DNA from: Stylophora pistillata
Taxonomy: Eukaryota
Direction of reading: 5' to 3'
DNA: 64,000 bases
NCBI RefSeq assembly: GCF_002571385.2
Contig: NW_019218325.1
Coordinates: forward strand, 16,642-80,641
Shown in pieces: positions 50,797 to 62,599 of the stretch. A program made the position numbers and the translations under genes. The notes below the pieces were generated by a model. It made no database searches and was not told where the DNA came from. It saw nothing but the letters and a program-made list of their open reading frames with translations. Position 1 is the stretch's first letter; each line of letters begins with the position of its first letter.

Positions 50797-53700
50797 ATGG
50801 CGGCAGAACGACCGGCGAAACTCGATTACAAATCGAGGCTTTTAGTCGACCAGATTGTACAACATGTAAAATCACAGGGCATTTTTGATCAGTTTAGACG
50901 TGACTGCATTGACGAATTGGAGCAGAAGGTTGGTTGAACGACCAGTATTTTATCAACTATCGTTGATTAGGAGGAGATGTAAGATGCGTAACTTATTGCA
51001 TGCAGCTTTAAGCTTATGTATACCATTATATTTTTTTTTCTACCCATACACATTGTTCTTCAAGGATGTTAACTTTATTTTACTTAGGAATCCTATCGTC
51101 AGTTGAAGCAAAGAGTCGAGAGCCATGTTGCAACATTCTTATCAAAGCAGACTTGGACGGACGCTCTGCCCAAAAATCAAGTCAGAGACAGTCTGCGAAA
51201 ACACATTAACCAGTAAGTAATACTGATATGAGAATTAATGAAATTAATTCGCAGAAAATTTAAACATCAACAAAATTATTGGAGGAATTTCATATGAGTG
51301 CCCTGGATAATATGAGGGTCCCCTATACCTCTTCTGCAAACAGTTTCACGCGTAAGTAAATGGCCTTTTCACGCATCACGAAAAATTAAAAAAACGGCTT
51401 CACGTTCACAGAAAAAAGCAAGCAATCACGTTTCACGTAAAAATGCCAAGGCTAAATAATGCTTCGCATAAAAATACAAATACGATTTACCTTTCGCAAA
51501 ACATACAAATACAATCATTACAAAAATGTATTTACACATTTTACCTTAAATTACTGAAATGTGCTACAGTAGATATTGTTGCACATGACCATCGTTTGGT
51601 AATTTTGTCTCTATTGTTGTCGATGTCTAGATCTTTTGTGGCTTGGGTAATTGAAAAAACTTTGTGGTAGAGCTTAGGAGGAGTATCCGGTACTGTAGTT
51701 TGGCTAGTTTAGTAAAAGCTGGATAGAGTGTGGATACTGACAGATAAGCTCACCTTTTCCGCAGAACCCTCCATTTTGATGCATCGAAATGGCGTGTGTG
51801 ACACATCGTGACAGACTCGATTCTAGGCCCTGCTGGTTCACTGCCGCTGTGGTTAGTCCTCAGTCCTCCATCTGCGAGCGCGTCGAATAGTTGAATAGGC
51901 ACGTTTTACATCCACTAGTTTGGTGCAGTTTACAAGCTTTAAGGTGGCTGAACACAGTTTTTGATACCTTTGTTTCTTTCACCATTTTCTCTAAAATCCT
52001 TGATCTTTCGGTCGCCAAAATTGGCAGCAAGCAAGTTAATAACACAAACTTTGTTTTTTCGATAGTTAAGCTGTCGTAGGTGTCATTGCCATGGCAACAT
52101 GAATGGATATAAATAGGCAATTGAAATCAGTTTTGTTTCTTTGTAGAAAATCTAGTTAGATACAATGAATATATAAAGTTGTATCTGATTTATCATCACG
52201 GATTTATTACGAATCAACTTAACAGCCTGCTCCCAGTTGGCTTGTTAGCTCAATTGGTAGAGCGCTGCACTAGTATTGCAGAGGTCAGTGGTTCGAATCC
52301 CGTACAGGCNNNNNNNNNNNNNNNNNNNNNNNNNNNNNNNNNNNNNNNNNNNNNNNNNNNNNNNNNNNNNNNNNNNNNNNNNNNNNNNNNNNNNNNNNNN
52401 NNNNNNNNNNNNNNNNNNNNNNNNNNNNNNNNNNNNNNNNNNNNNNNNNNNNNNNNNNNNNNNNNNNNNNNNNNNNNNNNNNNNNNNNNNNNNNNNNNNN
52501 NNNNNNNNNNNNNNNNNNNNNNNNNNNNNNNNNNNNNNNNNNNNNNNNNNNNNNNNNNNNNNNNNNNNNNNNNNNNNNNNNNNNNNNNNNNNNNNNNNNN
52601 NNNNNNNNNNNNNNNNNNNNNNNNNNNNNNNNNNNNNNNNNNNNNNNNNNNNNNNNNNNNNNNNNNNNNNNNNNNNNNNNNNNNNNNNNNNNNNNNNNNN
52701 NNNNNNNNNNNNNNNNNNNNNNNNNNNNNNNNNNNNNNNNNNNNNNNNNNNNNNNNNNNNNNNNNNNNNNNNNNNNNNNNNNNNNNNNNNNNNNNNNNNN
52801 NNNNNNNATTGGTTTTGCCTTGTGGTTGTTCCTAAAAGCTTGCCCTACCTTCTAAACCAATCAGATGTGTATATGTACCACAAGATTTTATTTGCTCCTC
52901 CTGAGGTTTACCTTTGTTCTAGTTGGCCATTGCCATTACTCGTTTGTATAGTTAACTGATCTCAGGCGAAAAGAGTTTCTGTAGCTTATCTTACTTTAAC
53001 CCTTAATGACCAAGATCTGATTGTTAATTCTCCCCTCTAGCTGCTACACATTTCCTTCTGTGCACCTACTTAATGTAGCCGTACAGAACGTGTGTTCTCC
53101 TTCTGTGCCCCTACATCATGGAATACTCTTCGTGATTCTCTTAAATCTGCAGCTTCTCTTTCATCTTTTAAAATTAATCTGCCCTTAAAACATTCCTATT
53201 TCTGAAATTTTATTTTTAGTATTGTGAAACACTACATAGGTTTTTGTCCCATTAAACTTTATTTTTGTCAGTGTAGGTACTACTGACTGTTAGTATCATT
53301 GTTATATTTTATTTTTATTATGCTATGTAAGTGCACTGAGATTCTTAAATGTGCTCATAAAAACCTTACTATTATTATTATTATTATTGAGAATTTGGTG
53401 AGCTAACAACTTCTACTTGAAAACTTTGAGTATTCTCATTACCTGTTTGCTGTATGTATGGATATTATAGGGAGAAATTATATGTTAATCATCTCTGGGA
53501 TTTAGGGTTATTGTACAGATTTGTTTTAAAGATAAGATAACTTGCTCTGATAAAATTGACCTCCAAACCAAGTTTATTCTGCCTGCATTTATGGCCCAAA
53601 CCTAAAGCAGTCAGACCATAGATCGGAAATAATGAGGTTCAGTAACTTTGGTATGGACTGAGAGAACTTCCTCAGTAAGATATTAAGGAGGGGGGGAGAA

Positions 53701-54956
53701 GTCAATTCAAACAAACTTTTAAATTAAGAAGGTAGGACAGTGAAATAATTTATGGCCTGCTTAATTGACCAATCATAGCAAGTGCACTAAATGAGAGATA
53801 TAATACATGTAATTTGTTGTAATAATTTTTTTTTAGATCGGAAGTGTTGGAGCGAGGTATAAAGCAACTGATCTCCCAAGCCCTTGATAGCAAAGCCAAA
53901 AGCTTCCAGACTCGCATTGAAGGTGTTGTTCAGAACTACATTTACACACAAAATAATCCACATAACCAAGACAAGCAAAATCGCAAACACAAGACAGTGG
54001 ATGAAAAAGAGGACAGCACATCCAACTCAAGCTCTGAGACAAAACATGTTGGGATATGTGACATAAGTGACCTTATTCCAATACCAGGCCTTATAAGCAC
54101 AGTTGCAAAGACAACAGAGACTGCTGATAAGAAATCAGGGGCTCAAGAGGGTTCAAAGAGTGGAACCTCAAAAAGTTTTCCAACAGGAAAGAAATCTCAT
54201 TCAACACAAGGGAAGTCAAATTTGCATGCGGGAAAAGGAGAGGAGAGTAAGACTGCAAGTCCCTTGGATGAAAAGGTCACTCAGGTAGATGAGAGTAGCA
54301 AATTTAAAGATGGAAAAAGCAAAGCATCACGAGTGAAAACAGAAAGTATGAGTACAGATGAGAGTTGTCTTTCACCTAAAGTGGAAGAAAGTTTATACAA
54401 AGTCAAGGATGAGATGAATAAAACCAGCAGATTGAAACTGGCTAGTTCCAGTCCAGGAGAATGTTTGGCATCTTAGTCGTCAGTGGAAGAAAGAGGTGAC
54501 AAATACATGACATCTGAGGGAAAGAACGTAAATACGAAACAAAGTTATCCTTTGTCTGGAGTTACAGAAACTGAGGCTGTCAAGGAGGATATCACGAGAG
54601 GAATAGTAGTGCAGGCAGACAAAGAAAATGAAGCAAACACACAGTTAAACTTCAAGGTCAAAGAAGAAAAGGTTGATGCATATGGAATTAATGAAGAAGG
54701 CTATATTTCTGGGAAACTGATAGAAGAACAAAGAGCCGACAATATCGTGTTGGATGAAGGAAGTAAAAGTGCTGAAAGTACCCAAAGTGAAAGTTTTCAA
54801 ACAGCGAAGGCAGATGACAAAGTTCCCGAATTTTGGAGCAGATTCAATGAAGCACCTGCCATGGATGTCACGGTCACCGCTGGTGAAATCAAAGAAGACG
54901 AAAGCGTGGAAAAATGCGAACCTATGATGCTATTTTCTGAAAAGATGTCCGCAGCA
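50797..54956 (+). CDS. BOD1: BOD1/BOD1L-family protein (COMPASS-Shg1 domain plus long low-complexity tail); exons 50797-50928, 51088-51212, 53837 onward; in-frame TAG at 54474-54476; 3' end lost in a gap
   Basis: LVDQIVQHVKSQGIFDQFRRDC, YRQLKQRVESHVATFLSKQTW...KNQVRDSLRKHINQSEVLERGI match the BOD1 domain, followed by K/E/S-rich sequence as in BOD1L1. Confidence 0.88.
52158..52309 (+). mobile_element. tRNA-Thr(AGT)-containing repeat running into an assembly gap
   Basis: Same leader and tRNA-like sequence as 3970-4220; the tRNA-like part (52239-52309) has a perfect anticodon stem CTGCA/TGCAG. Confidence 0.85.
52310..52807. other. Assembly gap (N-run); smaller gaps at 54957-54977, 1825 and 19301
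   Basis: n characters. Confidence 1.
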
Positions 54957-55106
54957 NNNNNNNNNNNNNNNNNNNNNAGTTGGGGGGGGGCAGCTTATAA
55001 TCTGATTATTTGGTTTTTGTTTGCCAGTAGGTGGGCCTATAACTGAGGGGGGGGGGCAGCTTAGAATCTTATGGGGTTTTTTGTGTTTGCCAGTAGGTGG
55101 GCCTAT

Positions 55107-55288
55107 GGACCACTTTCATAAATGGCTGCCGGATTAATATTCTTTTGTTTAAATTTAAATTAGCCCCACTAGCCTCGTTCTCCAGTACAAAATTCAAAAG
55201 AATACATCATCTCAAGCGAGGCCAGTAGGGCTAATTTAAATTTAAACAAAAGAATATTAATCTGGCAGCCATTTATGAAAGTGGTCTA
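55107..55288. mobile_element. Palindromic MITE
   Basis: gaccactttcataaatggctgcc.gattaatattcttttgtttaaatttaaattagccc is mirrored by gggctaatttaaatttaaacaaaagaatattaatc.ggcagccatttatgaaagtggtc. Confidence 0.9.
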
Positions 55289-55289
55289 T

Positions 55290-55580
55290 TAGCCTGCAGA
55301 GCAGGCATTCTTGTGAATTTTGGGCGAAAATTAGGACTTTAGGCTTTCTGTTTTATTTTCCAGACCATGTGTAAAATGGAGCGAGGCGAACAATTAGAAG
55401 GTGGGGGGAGGGGGAGAAGTTAGGGCTAGGGGGAAGGATTCCCTTCTCTCCTCTCCCCCTTTCCCCCGCCTCCTAATTTTTCGCCTTGCTCCGTTTTACG
55501 TGTGGTCTGGAAAATAAAACAGAAAACCCAAAGTCCTAATTTTCTCCCTAACTCCACAAGAACGCCTGCTCTGCAGGCTA
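55290..55580. mobile_element. MITE with long inverted arms, TA-flanked
   Basis: tagcctgcagagcaggc.ttcttgtg ... cacaagaacgcctgctctgcaggcta. Confidence 0.88.
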
Positions 55581-57168
55581 GTTGACTATCAAAAATTTAT
55601 TGTTTTCATATGGAGAGATGGTTTCACTCACTGAAAGGAAAATGGTCAACGTTTATCATTTTCATTGTGAGGTGTGAGTCGTTAGGAAGCCTGCACCTTC
55701 ATACGGGTATCTTTCGGGTGCTTTGTTCAGTAAACCTTTTCTCTTGGCGATTATTTCAAGCTCCGGTGTTTTTAATTAATGTTTCTTTTGTTCCGTCATT
55801 CCATACCTCAATTCAAGCCACTAACGCCAAATTGCTTAAATTTTTTAGTTTTAATCAAAAGTGAAGAAAATTGTTGATGAGCCTGTGGGTAGGGTGAAAA
55901 GTTTCTTCCCCCCCCCCTTTTTTTGTAACGAACCAAAGCAATTTGTAAAATAATGACAAAATTAAAGTCTGACCACATCTCTGGAAAAGTATGCCCATGA
56001 TGCTGAGTCCTTTTGACATTGCTTTTATTTATAACCTGCTCTTGCAATGCCTCCTTGAGAGGGCATGTTATAGGGGGTCCTTAGGCATCCCTTTCTGTTC
56101 CCTGTGTAACCTGGCTTACTCCTTTGCCCTAGCCCTAACTCCTTGACCAAAACGGTGATTTATGATTTCACCCCCCCTCCCCTCTTCCTTTTACAGGAAG
56201 TTTTAGGTCACAGTCCTTTTTCCGGTTATTAAATCTCATTCAGGATTGGCCAAAAAGGAATTTCTCCCACCTATATCTATGGTGCAAAAAGGCATCGAGA
56301 GGAAAGAAAAATACCAATCTTGATATTTTTATCTAACTCTAACTTCTTTGAGCTGAAATTATTAGACATGTTTGCAAAAGAGAGGGGATAATTTATAAGA
56401 AAATCTTGAGAGTGGAATGGGTCAAAGAGTTATGGCATTCAAGTGGTCAACTTTGAATGGTTATTCATTCTCAATGCACACATTTATGAGATTTATTGAA
56501 ACAATGTACACTGTACAACAACAAAAACAGGATAATATTGTTCCAATACCATATTACCATGAAAAATGATACAATCATAAAATTTAACACAAAGTATAAA
56601 ATTTAGATACGTGATGCATGCAGTCAGTTAACACTTTTTAGGTCAATTATTGATTCTGTGGCATTGTTGATATTCACTAAGAGCATTGACAAGACAGGAT
56701 TGAGCTTCAATTTGACGGAAAGCAGCACAGTCATAGAACCAATGAAGTATACAGGGGTATGAAGTATGTTGGCCTTCATAGGACCAGGGAGTTCATTAAG
56801 CATTGGAGGTCAGAATTTTCCCCCTACCACATAAAATTATCTGGCTACATTTTAATTGCATGAGTTAATTTGTACTCAGAAGTGGAAAGTATTCTCCTTT
56901 TACTTAGTGCTAATCTTCAACCACAACATTTCTAAATAAAAACTCTGAGCAGGGTACCATGTAAATCAAAACCCGTCTTCTACTCAATGCCTTAAAAATT
57001 GCAGTACTTAGTTCTTGCTGCACAAGATTCTTTCCTAGAGGCTAGAGCTAGAGGTAGTCACACTCTAAAGGACAGAGTACCCTCCCCTCCCCAAACTTTG
57101 AGGTTGGTTTTCATAATAAGTACTTTCATTTTAGACCAGAAAGTAGTTTTAACATGCATCTGCAGAAG

Positions 57169-60100
57169 CTACTGAACAGAGCAAAAGGAACTCTTGGTTT
57201 GGGATGATGCAGCTCTTGATGGCATTTCATGATTTCCATACTGTATGATATCAGCCTTTATAACTCTCTAAGAACAATGTCAAGGAAAATAGAGAATCAG
57301 AACTCCTTTTTCAGTCTCAAACTCAACTTCAAGAACACAGAGCTCACAAGAGTGACATTTTTGGCCACATAGCCATCAACTGGAAATGTGTGGGCATCAC
57401 TTTTCTGGAATGGAAGGGGGGATGGGATGTACTCCCCAGAACAATTTAATAAAAAGTAGGTAGCTACGATGTCTATTCCTTTATCCTGAGAGTTTGTGGA
57501 AAGAGCATTACAAGTCTGCAGTCTGCATGTGAGCAGGTGTAATAGTAATTAAAACCACTGACTGTTGTAACAATGGCTCTCCACGAGAACATCCACGGTT
57601 GAAGAGAATTTGAAGTGAATATGAAGGGGAGAAGGAGTACCGCATCTAAAAATAAACCTTAAACCCTAGAGAGAGGAACCTTAGAAGCCTTAAGAAACCT
57701 CAGAAACCTTAAATGACTGAGTAAAAGTAGTTTCAGAGTGCAAGCCTAAGATTGAATTTATTTGCACAAGTCTCATGCTCTATGGGTGAGACCTTGAGAG
57801 CTCTGAAATCATGCAACTTGAGACAAGCAAGAAAACATCACAATCTAACAACACTGTTCAAAAGTATTTCTTAGACTTGGTATAGTTGTATAACATAGTT
57901 TGCAGAGGATACAGATTGCTGCTCCATTTCATTCTTTGTAAGTCGTATTCCTAACACTTCTGCTGCTATTTTTTGAAAGCAGAGGCTGATCTGTTTGTAA
58001 CAAATAGCGAAACACACTCATGAAAGATGTCCTCATGTTGTAAGTTGTGAAAACAGTAGAATATCATTTACAAAAAGCATTACATTTAATCTTAATGTTT
58101 TGGAAAAAAAATGAAAAGAAAAAAATTACCTGGTCTGCTGTCTTGGCAGATACATAGTAACTAAAGACAAAAATAACAATATCTTTCTTTTACTATAAAT
58201 TCAAAGAACTCAATTCTCCTGTGCCAGAAGTTAAAATGCTCAATTGTACATCAGGCATTAAAATGAAGTCACAAACTACAAATTCAATAGTAACTGGGGA
58301 GAGAGGTAAATCTAGAAAATGGAGACTGAACATCACAAGACTCCAAAGTCTTACCTGGACAACCCATGCTCTTGAGCAAATTTTCCATGTTTGTCTGATC
58401 TGACAACTCTTAAATGCTCCAGGTCAACTAAAGGGATGGTAAAAAAAGTGTTGAAAGAAAATGTTACTGATATGTCACTTAATCTATTGACCCCTTAGAC
58501 AGACTAGCATCTAAATTCTCTCTACAATATCACCCCTGAATTGCACATTCAATGTCACCAGAATAAATTTGCCATCTTTCTTATTCTATTTACAAACATT
58601 AATTTATCTTCGCAACACTGATGAAAAAACACAGCCCTTTTGATCGGAAATAACTGTATGAAACCCTGACGTATCACTTACCTTTATTAGCTACAAGTGC
58701 TATATGAGGTAATCTAGAGCCATCTTTTTCACAAAGCTTCTTCACTGTATCATACCAGTCCTCAAGGTTATCAAAACTGTCCTGGTTTGTTACATCATAC
58801 ACCAGTAGTACAGCCTGCAGAGGAATGGCATATGTGGTCTCCATGGCAATTTAGGGAATATCAACAAAGTTGAAATGGTAAATTGGCCACCGTAACGATT
58901 ACAAAAGCTGACGTTTCGAGCGTTAGCCCTTCGTCGGAGCGAAGGGAGGAGCTCCGACGAAGGGCTAACGCTTGAAACGTCAGCCTTTGTAATCATTATG
59001 GTGGCCAATTTACCATTTCAACTTTTTTGATATATCCAAATTATTTTGTTACCCCCACCAACGCAGCCCCAAACAGTTTCTTTCGAAACTATCAGCCTTT
59101 ATTAATTTAGGGAATAGACTGCTCTTTGTATTAAATTATTAGTATAGTAATCCAAGTAGGATGTTGGGAGAACTCAAGAAAAGTTTGTAAATGAGCAGTC
59201 AGAGGCTAGTGACTTGCACATTTTTTTAGTGTTCTTCCTAGATCCTGAGTGGGTTATTACTCTGCTGAACCAATAGAAAATATGGTAAATTGATTTTATA
59301 AAATATTTATAAATGTTTCAACCTTTATGGGTTTACCTGTGCAATCAACAATGGGTTATTGACCAATCAGGGGGCTCATAGTATCTAAGTTATTTTGCAA
59401 CATGAAATTGATTCTCTTTACTGATTATATACCAACAATTTAGTCCTTATCATTATGATGATAATAATCATCATTAACCCATTAATGGCCGCAGCTTTTG
59501 TGGAAAACTGTGTTTTGAAGCTAGTTGAGCAGATTTCAGGTCACTGTTGTGGTTTTAAAAGCTCAAACTTACCAAACCCCTTGACAGCTCGTGCACTCGA
59601 CAGCCTTTCGATCCAAATGCAAAATGGCGGCCTGAAAATCTCGGGCACGTGCAGAGAGCAAAATTTCGACATAGTTTTTGGGTTGAAAAGTCATGCCCCA
59701 CTTACGACTTCTACTTTTCTCTCTTTCTCCTGCCCTTTTTTTCCCCTCTCCTTGCCTGAAGTTTCTCCTCACTTGCTGGAAATTGAGTAGGCTTCAATTT
59801 GGTGTAGAGATTTTTCAGAAACTACTCATTATTTTCAAAGCACATGCTCGGAAAGGTAGGTGGGTAGTGAAACACGATTTTCGTGCAGATTTTCAGGTCA
59901 AAGTGACACGGTTTTTTGGCTATTTCTCCTATCTCCTTCACTCAATTGCGCTCATTCTGGTATCATCTGTAAGATATTTTCAACCTGTTCAAGTAGGTGC
60001 TCAAATTCGTGCTCCAGGGTTAAAAGTGATGACGTCACAAGGCATAGAAAGGGTGTGGGTCCCCATGGGCGCATACGGGCGCACTGGACGTCAATGGGTT

Positions 60101-61689
60101 AATAGTGGTAGAATTATTTGGTTCTTTTATGGATTATATTACATAGATTTTGAGATTGGCATCTGTTAGAAGCTACATTTAAGCCTACCTTGATCACAGT
60201 TCTCTCACCCAAAAAATCTTAGTTACCAAATGAAAACATATAATGAAGAATAACAGTATCTAAAAAAAGACTGGCTTAAATTATTGTATCAACACATAAG
60301 CCGTCATGAGAGACGTCTGTTTTTTTCTTTTACTGATTATTGTCACATAATGCCATTTGGGAGAAATGAACTTTAAGCCCTGTGCAAATGCACTGGATTT
60401 GTCCACCGTACACGCTCTCAACATGCTGAGCTCAACAAGTTGAGTGCATTTGAACCCCCTGTTGAGCAGTGTTGATTCTTATTGAATCAAATTTGAAACT
60501 GGTCAAACTTTTCACTCCACACGGCTCAACATTTCCTTTGTTTCGCGGTCATCCATGCGTGGCTCAACAAAGTTGAGTCCATTTGTACAGCAACGCTCAA
60601 CATGTTGAGCCCACGCATGGGCAGTGACCAACGTATCCATTGGGAGTTTAAACATACCGAACATTTTACAAGATGGTGTCGCAGCAGTTAGAAGTTATAC
60701 AGGAAAGTTCAAATGCAAAAAATTCTAAAAGAGGAAATACAAGAAAATGGATGGAGGAAGAAACGGAAAAGCTGATTGATTGTTGGAAAAAAAATACATG
60801 GTTATGGGACGTAAGCACGAAAGAATACCATTTAAAAAACAAGAGAGAAAGCACTCAGTGATATGAGTGATGAACTAGACATTGAGGTAGCAGATATTAA
60901 GACAAAGATGTTTGGCCTTTGATCTCAGCTTGGCCGAACTTAACAAATAATTATCCCATGAGCCTTTGTGAAATCTTCGGAATGCTCAACATGTTGAGTC
61001 GTTGTTGAGATCATTTGAACACCCCGCTCAACAACACCTCAACAAACACTCAACATGTTGAGAGCTTATACAGTGGACAAATCCAGTGCATTTACACGGG
61101 GCCTTAGAGGATAATGACATCAAGAAAGGGTTACATTTCAAGACTGCTTGTTTGCCAAGCCTGTCCTATAATTTATACTTACATGAGCGCCATAAATATA
61201 TTTGTCTAACATTTTTCCACCGAGAGTTTGCCCACCAATATCCCATACTTGTAACGTGACGTGAACATTCCCTGAAAAAAGCATAATTATGCAATAAATC
61301 GTTAAAGTTATGTAATTGCGCCGAAGAAATAGCACCTGGTTCGACTGATTTCAAGTTTCGGAATTACGAACCTGGTAAGACAACTCTTCCCAGAAAGAAA
61401 TCCAGTCCTAGGGTCTGTTTGTAAGCTTTGTCAAAGTTCTCCTGGGAATATCTTACGCATATTGATGTCTACAAAGGAAAGAGTATAACAGTTAGCTTAT
61501 TTATGAGGAAGTTTTTCAGCGCACATGTAAATCATATTCTCGATGATGAGTCGAATTTGAGATCTTCGATCGGACTGAAAAGGGCTTCTTGAACTTATTT
61601 GATACACTCACCTTGCCCGATGCACCATCACCTAAAAGAACAAACTTCAGCTGATGGTCCGTTGTCGTTTCCTCATCAGAATCGGTCAT
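57169..61689 (-). CDS. RAB28: Ras-related protein Rab-28; exons ~61612-61689, 61373-61469, 61182-61270, 58682-58814, 58357-58428, 58130-58160, 57913-57990, 57169-57267
   Basis: [53 protein letters not shown] (characteristic of Rab28), [21 protein letters not shown] and a C-terminal CaaX, CSVQ. Confidence 0.97.
57268..57912 (-). other. U12-type GT-AG intron, last intron of RAB28
   Basis: 5' site GTATCCTCT; branch point TTCCTTGAC 11 nt before the exon. Confidence 0.85.
58861..59103. mobile_element. Penelope-derived palindromic non-autonomous element with hammerhead-like motifs and a 13-bp flanking direct repeat
   Basis: ~85-bp inverted arms containing c(c)gacgaagggctaacgct.gaaacgtcagc; aatttagggaata at 58848-58860 and 59104-59116. 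Confidence 0.82.
59474..60102. mobile_element. piggyBac-like non-autonomous element (TTAA target site)
   Basis: TTAA|cccattaa ... tcaatggg|TTAA. Confidence 0.65.
60376..61103 (+). mobile_element. PIF/Harbinger-like non-autonomous transposon with a decayed MADF/Myb-SANT ORF
   Basis: TIR agccctgtgcaaatgcactggatttgtccac / gtggacaaatccagtgcatttacacggggcc; TTA target duplication; ctcaaca/tgttgag subterminal repeats; peptide [30 protein letters not shown] followed by stops. Confidence 0.85.
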
Positions 61690-61837
61690 GTTTTCAGTTG
61701 TTTAAAAGGAGATTGAACCGAACTTGCCACAAATGTTTGTAGCCATTTTGCTTCTGAGCTTTGTTTGTAGTGACGTCACGGTAACAAAAGCAAATGTACT
61801 AAAGTTGCGTGGGCTCAGCTGAGTTGAGTTGGACAAA
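61690..61837. promoter_or_regulatory. Very compact bidirectional RAB28/TMEM53 promoter
   Basis: Central palindrome gtgacgtcac (CRE) at 61770-61779 abutting ggtaac. Outward-facing YY1-like aaaatggc motifs at ~61742 (-) and ~61835 (+). Confidence 0.65.
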
Positions 61838-62599
61838 ATGGCCTCAAGAGGGAACAAGAGGTTGGTGAGTTGGTAGTTTTAAATTTATCTTTTTGGACGT
61901 TTGTATTCACTATTGTATTGTGTAATTGAAATTAAAATTGAATTTATTTTGTATTTATGAATTCACGGAACCATTGACAAGTGAAAAATAGATCACGGCA
62001 AGTTTTTCCGACAGTCTCGTGCTTCATTATCCACACTATTCTTGGATTTCAAGAAAACAAAATGGGAAATAAATTATTAGATTACACTTGGGGCTACGAC
62101 TTTTTTTTTTTTTAGAATAGTGAGGGGTTAAACAGAAATCTCTCATAAATCAACTGAGGTGTAGCAGCTTTGTTCAATGGAGTCGACAAAAGTTACCTTT
62201 TCGGAGTTCATATTCCAGCTTTTTAGCACGACAGCCGCTCTTAAACCTTTGACCCCCACGATCTCATTAATAATTCTCCTTCCTGTCTGACATACAATTC
62301 TTGTGATGCTACTGTAGAGAATTTGATATTGGATCTTCTAATAATCCCTCCATGTTTTTCTTTATTCTCATAACTTGTCTGCCTGATATTGTAAGGAGAA
62401 ATTCAGTCTCCATCACTCATTGGAAGTTAATGGTCGAAATTTTCTCTTACATATTTTGAACAACCTTTTATTGAGAATCTGGAGAAAATTTGCTTAATGA
62501 ACTATTTTATTAGTGTGAGATTTACAGTAAGGTTTGTGTTTATGCACTAAACTTCTTTATTTTGCAGACACATTTGAAAATGTATAATTTATTCCAAAC

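Noticed and set aside
52179-52959. Long ORFs in the ORF track
   Set aside because: Artefacts of translating the N gap.
54978-57168. NK-class homeobox gene between BOD1 and RAB28
   Set aside because: No homeodomain-like translation was recognised; the region is MITEs and probable UTR.
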